From positions 434,001-498,000 of the forward strand of contig CM007992.1 of assembly GCA_002189035.1 (NCBI GenBank): DNA of 64,000 nucleotides, in the 5' to 3' direction. The first letter of the stretch is position 1; every line of letters begins with the position of its first letter. Origin of the DNA: Utricularia gibba (taxonomy: Eukaryota; Plantae; Magnoliophyta). A program made the position numbers and the translations under genes. Below the pieces are notes generated by a model. That model did not search any database. It had not been told where the DNA came from and was given only the letters and a program-made list of their open reading frames with translations. Positions 28,146 to 38,337 of this stretch are shown here, piece after piece.

Positions 28146-28340
28146 ATCCTTCTTTGTATTCCAGGAAGTCAAAGGAAACCTGCAACAAGAAAAAATGCCC
28201 ATACACAAATAATTAATGAACATCTAAGATTTGATCAACTTCAGTTGAGTCGCTGTTCAACATTCGATCAATTTTACAAAGAGAGGATCAAGAGAACTAA
28301 ATCAATTTTTCGACATCATGAAAGGGTTTTCATGAAAATA

Positions 28341-29503
28341 TCAAGCAGCAGGAGGCCTTAGTTCATGATCTTGAGAAGTGTCTCGAGTGGCTTGTGGTAA
28401 ATACTGCCACATAGGGACAAGCCCATAGCTTGGAATCACAGGGACCTTGTTGAAGTTCGCCTGGTATACGGATGGAAGAGTTGGAATGAGCCCAGGAGTG
28501 CTCATAGCTTTCAACTGCTGCTCAATCGTTTCTTTCTCTGCCTTAAGGACCTGCTTCTCTTGACGAAGTTCATTCTTCTCAGCCTGTGATTTTCAGAGGA
28601 GCAAATGTGACTCTCAGGTAGTTGGATAGCTCATAACAAATAAAGCATCAGTGAATGAAATCCACGATGATGGTACAGCATAAAAGCTTGAAATGCTGAA
28701 ATTCATCATGTATAACCTTCAAACATTTAATCTCTTCCAAAAGCTTTTCATTACTCTCTTTATAGTCCAGGGACTCCGCCTTCAACTGGTTTAACAATCT
28801 AATGGCATCACCAAGTAAGGCCAATTTGTCTGCTTTGACAGGCCTTCCAGGTTCTAATATGGCTGACAATTCCAAGAACCTGTTCACAGGACAGCATTAG
28901 CACTGTAAACTTCTACTAAATACACTACACTAATGAGTCTCACCTTTCGTTCAATTTCTCTCTCCTCAATCTTTCACGGATTGCCTTCGATACAGTGCCA
29001 CCACATGAATCACTGCGTGCCCTGCATATGAGATCGTTCAACCTTTCTGGTAAAGTAAGTAACTACATGCACGTTAGCGGGCAGTCTCAGTTAATTCTAT
29101 AAGCCATGGTTAAGCAAAATATGTTACCCAAGTTACCTCTTTCTCGTACACCCACTTTCTGTGCACTCACTTTCATGCGATGGTGTTCCACCCGTTGCGG
29201 CCTCCAAGGCTACACTATCGCTGAAATAAAGCATCGGAAAAAAGGTCTGCCAATAATCAAGGACGGGTTGCGACAAAAAGAAAGGGGTTTCTTCCTTTTG
29301 TTTTTCGAACCCAAAATCACCCAGAAATTCAGATCGCCATTTCATCAACTTGCTCACCTTAGTGGGTTCCCAACCTCCAAAAAAAAAAGAAAAAAAAGAA
29401 AACAACATGCTCACCTTAGCGGGTTCCATTCAAAATCCGGCGCCTCTCCCATGCCGTTCAGCAGGCTTCCCAACCACTCCGAGTCGTCGTCGATCGAATC
29501 CAT
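28341..29503 (-). CDS. bHLH104: bHLH subgroup IVc iron-homeostasis factor (bHLH104/bHLH34-like)
   Basis: RERLRREKLNERFLELSAILEPGRPVKADK, zipper AEKNELRQEKQVLKAEKE, PMWQYLP, and C-terminal DHELRPPAA*. Confidence 0.88.
29351..29427 (-). repeat. Duplicated 20-bp exon-1 splice-donor context, 57 nt apart
   Basis: tgctcaccttagtgggttcc (29351-29370) versus tgctcaccttagcgggttcc (29408-29427). Both read AAG|GTGAGCA on the minus strand. Confidence 0.85.
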
Positions 29504-30360
29504 GTCACGGATGCTCAATCTTCACACCCCACGTACCTGAAAAACGCTCACAACTCCATTAGGGAAATCCAGAGATCGAGCTTTCTGGTAGAGGTCAGAA
29601 GGAATTGGGGGCGAGATAACGCTGACGTTCTCCGCTGAAAAGCACCAATCAGAAACCGACACCTGTGCACCCCCAAAAGGCATACCGCATATGCCAAAAT
29701 AACGGCCCGCACAGCGTCACATTTTAAATCTTTTTTATAATTTGTTAATTTTTTTATTTTCTACAATAAATAAATAAAACATCATCAATTATCTTATCAA
29801 AAATAAAAGATTTATATTCTAAAAAAGAAAAAATCTAAAAATACATATTACTTTTTAAAGAAATTGATTAGACTCATCTTTTATTTTATTATTAAAACTT
29901 CTTAATTTCAAGAAGTAGAATCAAAACTTAATTAGTGGCTTAGTTAATTAACAAGTTTAACTTCCATGTGTCACATGTAATTACTGAATTAATAACCTAA
30001 TTAATTTCAATACTAATTTTAGTAAAACACCAGGCCGTGGGCCCCATCGATTTACCATTTTAATTGCCTTTATTAATCAGTAGACAGTTGTTGTTATTAC
30101 AAGTTGTAGATGCCCCCTAATGTCATTGCATTAGGTTCATGTTTCAACCTATCAAGCCTAAAGTCACGTGCCACAAAACTCATTATTTTTCAGTAAGTTG
30201 AAAAATCAGTAACAAAATTAATTCAATTCAAAAAAAAAGTTTCAAACATTACCAAATCAAATGACAAAGTTGTGTAAATTAAAATCAAGTTATGGACACG
30301 TAATCAAGTTACAAATTTGATCATGGAATCTTTTTGACTGCTAAAACGACGCCGTATGAA

Positions 30361-31228
30361 TCAGCGGTTTCCGGTAGCTGTGGAGCTGGTCGGCTCCTGA
30401 TCATTAAACGGTTCTTCAGCTGTCATCTTCTCAACGGCGGATGAGAGCACAGTGACATTTGCGGAGCGCATCGAGAGAGTTTTTCTTAGCTGCCGCGCCT
30501 CAAGCACTTTGTCTTTCTTCCTGCTGGTCTCGATCCATTCATCTCCGTTGCTGGAAAAGGGACGAGCTTGTCCTGGTTTTGAGCTGCGATTGATCGAGGA
30601 AGGGAACATGGAGAGACACCCCCCTGGTTTCACTAAATCAGGGGATGGGTTCTGAACGGAACCCAGCTCGATAACTACGTAATCTTCCTCTCTACCGGCG
30701 AAGAAGTCGTCGGTGGGCGTCTCCGGGGACGCACCGAGGCCGAGAAATGGGGTTTGGGGCGTGATTGTTGTTCTGCAAACAGGGAAATTCGAATCGGCCT
30801 GATGTTGTAAATCGGAAAACAACCCATTCCCACGACACTCCATCGGAAAACCCATGCTCAAACTGCTCTACTCTTCTGAACCTCGTACCAGGGAACATGC
30901 TCCGTATTCAGAAGCATCCCAAACGCTGCAACCAATCAACGAAGCAAAGACACAAGAATAAACTCAGCATGGTTAACGATCTAATGCCTTCTGCGGTGAG
31001 CCCCTCCTTCTCAGCCACCAAGGAACTATCAGAAGCCGCCGGAAAGCGGAGAAGAAAGCCGCGGCAGCGTTTGGTAGCGGAGACATAGAAGCTTATCAGC
31101 AACAAGGCGATGAACAAAACTCCGACAACAGTGATTAACGCTACCGACAAATTGGGGTGGTCAGGGTGAGGATCTGATCTCAAACGAGCCTCATCAAGAA
31201 CCAACTGGATATCCGGAATCGGATCCAT
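30361..31228 (-). pseudogene. ATL-family (ATL1/ATL16-like) membrane RING-H2 gene with a disrupted RING
   Basis: The N-terminal TM helix and a GLD-like motif (GLTAEGIRSL) are intact. A stop follows at 30908, and RING remnants (HGFSDG, NFPVCRTTI) lie in different frames without the full Cys/His set. Confidence 0.55.
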
Positions 31229-31265
31229 TGACAAAGTGATGATCCATCAAAGACAGCCTTAGAGC

Positions 31266-31288
31266 AGAGAGAGAGAGAGAGAGAGAGA
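31266..31288. repeat. (GA)n microsatellite just upstream of the ATL-like gene
   Basis: Run of about 11 AG units. Confidence 0.9.
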
Positions 31289-31524
31289 TGACCTGGTCAC
31301 TACAAATAGACAAGTGAAGAAAGGCCAATGTCCCAATTAAGACCAACATAAGATTCTTCATAAACAACGACCACAGTCAAGGTTGTCCTACCCGAACCCA
31401 AAAATGTTTGAGCCAAATCCTTTTCTTTTTTTTTTTAATTTCTTATTTCGACTATCATATGTAATAATCTATACTTATCTTACACTGCCTTCGATCACTA
31501 TTTCAAAGATATTCTATCATAATA

Positions 31525-31826
31525 GGACATGTTTGGTACAAGAGATTATATAATGAGAGTTATGCATTATTTGTGATTGATGTATATTAAGTATAATATA
31601 TTATACATTTTTATATTTGGTATGTATGATTGAATTTATTCGTGATTAGATAAATTTACATTGGTTTGAACAATCTGACCCACTCCTCAAGTTTCATTAT
31701 TACTACATATGTGAGATTATGGTGAGTTTGTTGAATCACTAGTGATTGTTCAATCATTCATACCAAATACACTAAAAATATAATCATTAGTAAAAATATC
31801 ACTTATCTCGCATACCAAACATGCCC
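31525..31826. mobile_element. Tourist/PIF-Harbinger-like MITE (302 bp)
   Basis: TIRs GGACATGTTTGGTA and TACCAAACATGCCC, with ATA/TTA 3-bp flanks. An internal inverted repeat pairs 31613-31634 with 31749-31770. The element is AT-rich and non-coding. Confidence 0.75.
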
Positions 31827-32990
31827 TTAGAAAAAAAGACCGGTGAAAGATTTGTATGTAATTCTATTCAATTTCATCATTACCTCATCATTAATCAATG
31901 TGAAATTCATGTAAGTGTTTTTAGCCCTTTCCTGATCAGACATGACAATCATATGGGGAATGCGGTATTATGCCAAAATGTTCGCACGTGCGTCTAATCC
32001 CATGTGTATTCCCGTGCACATAATTTATAAATGTTTTTTAAATTTTGATATCAAAGTTCAATGTATCTTGTCATCTACAAAAAAAAAAACCTGCAAACTA
32101 TACTATATTTTCTTTTATCAATATTCTTTAAATTTATATTTTGACTTAATTTTTTAGAGAAACTAAATATTTTTTTGGATTTGTTTTAAGTTGATAACAT
32201 ATAGTCTTATACCTTATTTTTGTTATATATATTCTATTAATTAATTTTCAATTTATAAATAAAAATTGAAATTATTTTATCCTGTATGTTTGGGGAATAT
32301 TAGTTTCTCAAAATAGTTTTGTTATGAAATACGAATAAGTAATATTTTAAAAAGATTAGAGATATAAAGATGTTTATTAATTTGTTCATTTTATTGAAAA
32401 CAATATATTGAGAAACATAACGTAATAAGTTTGGTGGTTTGCTCCTCAACGTTACTATGTTTTGACCAGATGTTGTCCAACTTTTGACCATCGAGATTCC
32501 CACGTGCGGTTCGTCTCATCCAGAAGATTCTCCGGCGTCATATTCTGTGGGTAATATAATTAAAAAAATATATAATAAAACCTGTACATGGTTTTTGAAT
32601 AAAATACATAATTTAAATTATTAAATTATTACTTTTTTATTTGAAAATTTACCAATGGGTGAGGTGGATAGGATAATCAAGGTGACGCCTCTTTGGATTA
32701 ATTAAATTAATTAAATATTTATTTATTCTATTTTCTATTATTTAAATTTAAGGTTAAAATTATTTTATTCGTCGTTCAAAAAAGCGAAAGTCATCATCAT
32801 ATTGACCATTCCATTCTCGGGAGGAATTTGGCCACGTGTCTCGATCTCAATCGTTCCTTCAAAAAAATAATCTACGCCGTTGGATCCTCCATTCCGTTCA
32901 ACTGCTTTTTCAACCCTCGCAACGTATATATATGAACTGCCGCCGCGACGGAGTTGCCAACCAGGAAAGACGAACAGTTTCAGTTGTCAG

Positions 32991-33345
32991 ATGGAGAAGG
33001 GCAAGGGCGAAACCAAATACCGGGGTGTCCGTCCCCGCTCCTGGGGGAAGTACGCGGCGGAGATACGCGACACGGATCGCGGGGGAGCTCGAGTCTGGCT
33101 GGGGACGTACGACACCGCCGAGGATGCGGCGCGAGCTTACGACAGAGCTGCATTAGCGATGAGGGGGCAGTACGCGGTGCTGAACTTTCCCCATGAGCAT
33201 GGCTTGCCGGGGGGGTTCGACTTCCGGCGGTGGGCGGCGTTCCATTTGCCAGCAGGAGGTGATCGAGTTCGAATGCGTGGATGACAGCATCCTGGAGCAG
33301 CTGCTGGACGATGAAGTGAAGAGGAGAGCGAAGAAGAAAGGGTGA
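32991..33345 (+). CDS. Small group IXc ERF (ERF096/098-like) with an EDLL-type activation motif; apparent frameshift at G7, 33209-33215
   Basis: AP2 domain [18 protein letters not shown]...[19 protein letters not shown]...LNFP. The C-terminal [18 protein letters not shown] lies in the +1 frame. Confidence 0.85.
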
Positions 33346-34029
33346 CTGCATGGTGGAAGACTTAGGTTTTGGAGGCTACCCGCCTAAATAATGCAAGAAT
33401 TTACCAGAAACAGCTATAGGGATGATGCAATGAATGTAATAATCTATGGTAAATAAGTGGTTCAAACACCACGAATGTTAGGAATGAATTCCGTACAAGT
33501 TCGTTTGACTTAGAAATGAGCAAACAACTGGTGAAATTAAGGAGATGAGTAAAACGATCACATATCCAATTATACAATAAACATGAATTATAATATAAAA
33601 GATTAACTTCAATTTATTAATTGTGATATGTAATTTTTTATATATTTAATTATATTAATTTTATTTTATAATATGAGATTGTGTATTATAACATGTGTAC
33701 TCAAATCGAATTGATCTGTTAAGATTTGTTTTTTTTGTCTAATTATAGTTAATTTCATTTAATTTTTATCGTTCAAATCCAATATATTTCATTTTTTTTA
33801 ACTGAAACTAAGATCAAAACGAAATCTATCTTGGTCATCCAAATCGTGACGTAAGTCAAATGATCTGATATCATGTTGAAATTAAAAATCCGATAAGTTA
33901 TACAAGCATATATGAAGTCTAAATATTAAAAAAATATGGATTATAATAAAAAAAAATAGATATTAATTGTAATATGTAATTTATTATGTGTAATTGTTTA
34001 TTATAACAACGTCAATTTAGGTAACGATA

Positions 34030-34520
34030 AGACAACCGGTCTCGGTTGGGGTGGCCCGGCGGCGGGCCTGACAACAATAACGCCGCGGGCCAGGGGGTTT
34101 TCTTGGCTTATGCGGCGGCGCCGGCGGGCGTCTCCATCGATGCATATTCTTTTCAATACGATAGAGGATATGGGAACTAGAAAAGTTATGCGAGTTTATT
34201 GGGTCGCCGAAGCCTGTTGCTTCTGCTGACGCTTAACCACCCACCCGGCATTGGCATGCTCCATCAGAATCCCGGGAATTCAAATGCCGACGAGCACGTA
34301 GACTCTCTCCTTCTGGGCCTCCTCATCCAACTCCTCTGTGCGCAGTATCATCATCTCACGCCCTGAGAGAAATGAAATGGGGATCTGCTCTGACTCTCTC
34401 TGCAAAGATGATAACTGCTGGGATCAAATTTGGAGAGCGTGAAACGGCATTATTGGGCAGAGGAGACCGATTCTAGACGATGATGGACGCCTACAGCTCG
34501 CACCTTGATTAACTGGGGCC
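34030..34520 (-). pseudogene. GC-rich decayed coding-like fragment of unknown family between the two ERFs
   Basis: About 150 codons in one minus frame (..SGREMMILRTEELDEEAQKERVYVLVGI*IPGILMEHANAGWVVKRQ..DGDARRRRRISQENP..) interrupted by 3 stops, flanked by very AT-rich DNA. Confidence 0.35.
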
Positions 34521-34629
34521 CCTTTTGTTATTTTTTTTTAGGATTAAATATTTTATAAATATCGAATGGAGGTACAAGTAGTTTCTCCATCATCTCCTTC
34601 TTCGTCGTCGGTTACGCTTCCCGGGAAAA

Positions 34630-35105
34630 ATGGATCGGGAGTCTGCTTCATATGGATACCTTCCGTTCAACCAGTGCGACTCGCAGGAAATGCTTCTTTA
34701 CCACGTTCTGGAGGAGGCGGAGCTGGCCAAGCCGCCGGGCCCCCGGTGGGTAAGCCGTGGCGCGGCGTGAGGAGACGGCCCTGGGGGAAATTCGCGGCGG
34801 AGATTCGGGATTCCACCCGGAACGGCGCCAGGGTTTGGTTGGGGACGTTCGACACGATCGAGGAGGCGGCGATGGCGTACGATCAGGCGGCCTTCGCGAT
34901 GCGGGGAACCGCCGCGATCCTGAATTTTCCGGTTGAGATGGTGAGGCAGTCTTTGATCGGGATGGACGACTTCTTCAACGAGGGGTGCTCTCCGGTCATA
35001 GCGCTGAAGAAAAAGCACTGTTTACGGCAGCGGAACAGCGACACCGCCGCCAGCAATGGCGCCTCCGGGAGTAGACGTGGGCACGGGTCGGGACTAGCAG
35101 AGTAA
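34630..35105 (+). CDS. ERF1: ERF1-like (group IXc) transcription factor, C-terminally interrupted by a hAT element, with an apparent frameshift at C5, 34740-34744
   Basis: [24 protein letters not shown] (the ERF1 N-terminal motif) is in one frame. The AP2 domain [33 protein letters not shown] and [12 protein letters not shown] are in the next. The original tail lies at 35678-35737. Confidence 0.8.
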
Positions 35106-35677
35106 CGAGTATCAGAGTAACGAGTATCAGTCATTGAGTCATGACCATATTATGAGTTCACGAGTTGGGTTGATGGGTTTTCACTCACAACTCTTATCAT
35201 ACCCGAATTGATTCATTATCTGTAGACTGGTCAAGTTGACTCGAATATGAACTCGTCAATCTGTATTTTATCTTATTTTTTTATATAATTATTTTATTTT
35301 TCAATTAATTTTTTCATTATGTAATAATGTTTTTATTTATATATAATTTATTTAATTATTGTATATTTGATTTCAAAAAATGTAATAAAATTTATTTCGT
35401 ATTTTATGATATTTGGGACTTGTGATATATAATATAGTTGAAGTTAATTAGTATTAAATTATAAATATTAAATAAAAAATATAAAAATTAAATTAAAAAA
35501 TGAATAATTTAAAATATAAATCATATATTCTTTCAAGAGTTACTCGAATAACTCATCGAATCGAAAATCGCCAACTCAACTCATACTTGTTTTTCACGAG
35601 TACAAGTAACTCGTATTCATTCCATACGAGTTGACTCACAGGTAACTCGGGTTGACCCATACCCATGCCCAGGTATA
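35072..35677. mobile_element. Non-autonomous hAT-type element (606 bp) with an 8-bp TSD
   Basis: Perfect TSD TCCGGGAG at 35064-35071 and 35678-35685. The 16-bp imperfect TIRs are TAGACGTGGGCACGGG and (reverse complement) TATACCTGGGCATGGG. Clustered subterminal CGAGT/ACTCG motifs surround an AT-rich core. Confidence 0.9.
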
Positions 35678-36047
35678 TCCGGGAGGACCCGCGAACAAGA
35701 GGATATAGTAGAGCTGGGAGGCGCAGCTTACAAATGAAATCAATAGTAATTATTCTTAAATGCAATTAAAATCAATAAATTCCTATATACTTGCAAGAAA
35801 TCACATATTTTATTATATAATTTAAATTCATTTTATTTTAATAATAAAATAAAATGATAATCGAAAATCACGGAATTTATTACCAAAGAGTAGCCGTACC
35901 GTACGTCTTTACGGCCCGACCAATGTAGATTCCAGTGCAACTGGAAACACTACGCCGTCTCAGAGTTCATGAAGGAAGTAGAGATGGGTATCCGTGCAAT
36001 GGAACAACAAGGGGGAATCTTGCATCAAGGAAGCAAAAAACCTTGAA

Positions 36048-37886
36048 TCAGGTGAGGCATGAGTAGGCAAGCTCCTTCTCCTCGGAGAGCTCTTGAGCAG
36101 TCAAGTCCAGCTTGTTTCTTGAAAACTCATCGATGGGGAGTCCTGTAGTGTGCGGTCATCATGGAGTTGGTTAATTCGAGAAGGGAGAAGGGGAGGAGTT
36201 TTTATGAATCCTTTCTCACCTTGGACGATGGTCCATTCTCCATTTTTGCAGGTGACGGGGAAGGAATAGATGAGTCCAGGTGGGACGTTGTATGATCCAT
36301 CGGAGTAGACGCCCATGGAAACCCAAGTGCCCTGATCGGAGAACAAAATGGGATCAGAAATAGTGAATTCGTTGCATGATAGATATGGTGTTAGGACAGA
36401 CCTCGGGGGTTCCAAGGACCCAGTCACGGATATGATCGCAGGCGGAGCTAGCAGCGGAGAGGGCACTTGAAAGCTTTCGTGCTTTGATAATTGCTGCGCC
36501 ACGCTGCTGAACAACGGTGATGAACTCATGATTCAGCCATTCGTCATCAGAGACGAGGGCACGAACTGGCTTCTCTCCGGCTGGGGTTGTCACCGTCGCA
36601 TGGTTGACATCTGGGTACTGTGTTGAGGAGTGGTTCCCCCAAATAATCACATTCTTGACGTCAGAGACTTGGACGTTCAACCTCTCTGAAATCTGTCCAA
36701 GAGCCCTGTTGTGGTCCAGCCTAGTCAAACAAGTAATGTTCTTCTGTGGTATTGATGGTGCAAACTCCTTCAAGATCAATGCATTTGTATTCGCTGGGTT
36801 GGCAACAACCAAAACCTGAGACAGAAGGTGGTTTACATGTAAAAAAGATGCACGGTTTGATTGATACTCCCAATCTGGGAATTCCTGCAACTATATGATG
36901 CTCATCATCAACAATTACCTTGCAGTTAGCAGCAGCATGCTTTTCGAGAGCAGAAGCCTGAGACTTGTAGATGGATACGTTCTTGGACATTACATCTTTT
37001 CTTTCCATGCCCTCTTTTCGCGGGAACCCACCAACCAATACAGCCACGCTAACACCAGTGCAGGCTTCGACAACGTCAGTCGTAGCAACAACACCTAGCC
37101 GAAACATAAAGAAAGACAGTGATTGGCAAACATTTCCAACTGGTCCTGGCATGATATGACATATGCAGCATTGGGAATCTAAAATTTGAACCTTTGAGAA
37201 GAGGAAATGCAGCATCCACCAATTCCATTTTGACACCGTTGAGTGCTTCAGCAGCCGGAGGAATATCCAGCATATGCAGGATTACAGGCTGATCAGCTCC
37301 CAGCATAACACCCCTGGCGATCATGGGTACCAGCGCATATCCAATTTGCCCTAAACAATAACGTCAACGATGATATCCAACTCAAGAAGTTGCGATGGTC
37401 AGAGGCACATAAAACCAACTTAAATCACAAAGTCTTCACATCCTGTACTTTCAGAAACCACTGTTTACCAAAGACGTTTTCTTGTAACAAAATTTTCTTT
37501 TTTCATGATAATCCTCTAAGACCCTTTGTCCAAATTCGGACAGAAAGTACCCACCAAAAAATTTAAAAAAACGAATTGCTCGGAAAAACCCAAAATCGAT
37601 ACGGAAACAGCAACCGAAACAACAAAATTGAAATCCCACCACCACATCAAACAACGGCAAAATCTGCAAGACTGCTAGTACTTCCTCCAACACAAATAAA
37701 AAATCCATGAACCGTAAAAGGAACCCAAGAACATGAAGATCCGTCCGCTCGATCCAAATCGAAGATCGACACAGGACGTAAAATCAACAGAGACTGCAAA
37801 CCAAACGGGGTAAAACAGATCTAGATCAAATTTCACTACATACCTGCAGCTCCAGTGACGAGAACGCGAACTGGTTCTTTAGCCAT
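36048..37886 (-). CDS. MDH1: Cytosolic NAD-malate dehydrogenase, multi-exon
   Basis: [67 protein letters not shown] and C-terminal [11 protein letters not shown]. Confidence 0.96.
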
Positions 37887-38337
37887 ATCTTGATACAGGA
37901 TCCAACCTCCGATACTCAACGACAACGAGACTGAGGGCTCCAAATGAGAAGCCTTCACCCACAGCGAACTCTGTGGTGAAGGGCACAGTGGACGGTATTT
38001 ATCCGGAACCGGAAAGGGCAACCCGACCCGAATTCCTAAAACGTCATCATCCCTAGAGAACCACGCCGTTCATTGAGTCAACCCGTGCGGATAATTTTAA
38101 CCCATTTTTCGAAAAATATTATTATTTAATAATAAAATTAATTCCAAAATAATAAAAATTGGAGCACTTAAAAATTTATATTTTATAAAATTGAAATACT
38201 GAATAATTATTATTGGTAAAAAAAATCTATTTGTTTAAAAAACAGAATTATTATTATTTTTTTAACCAGAAAACAAGCGTCTCTTTTATTGCATGGGTAA
38301 TAAGGAGAACTCTGTTACAGTGAAGCTTCCATCTCGC

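Noticed and set aside
34566-34745. ORF-track N-terminus [10 protein letters not shown]... for the ERF1-like gene
   Set aside because: The conserved [12 protein letters not shown] motif is in another frame starting at ATG 34630, so the long ORF start is a by-product of the frameshift.
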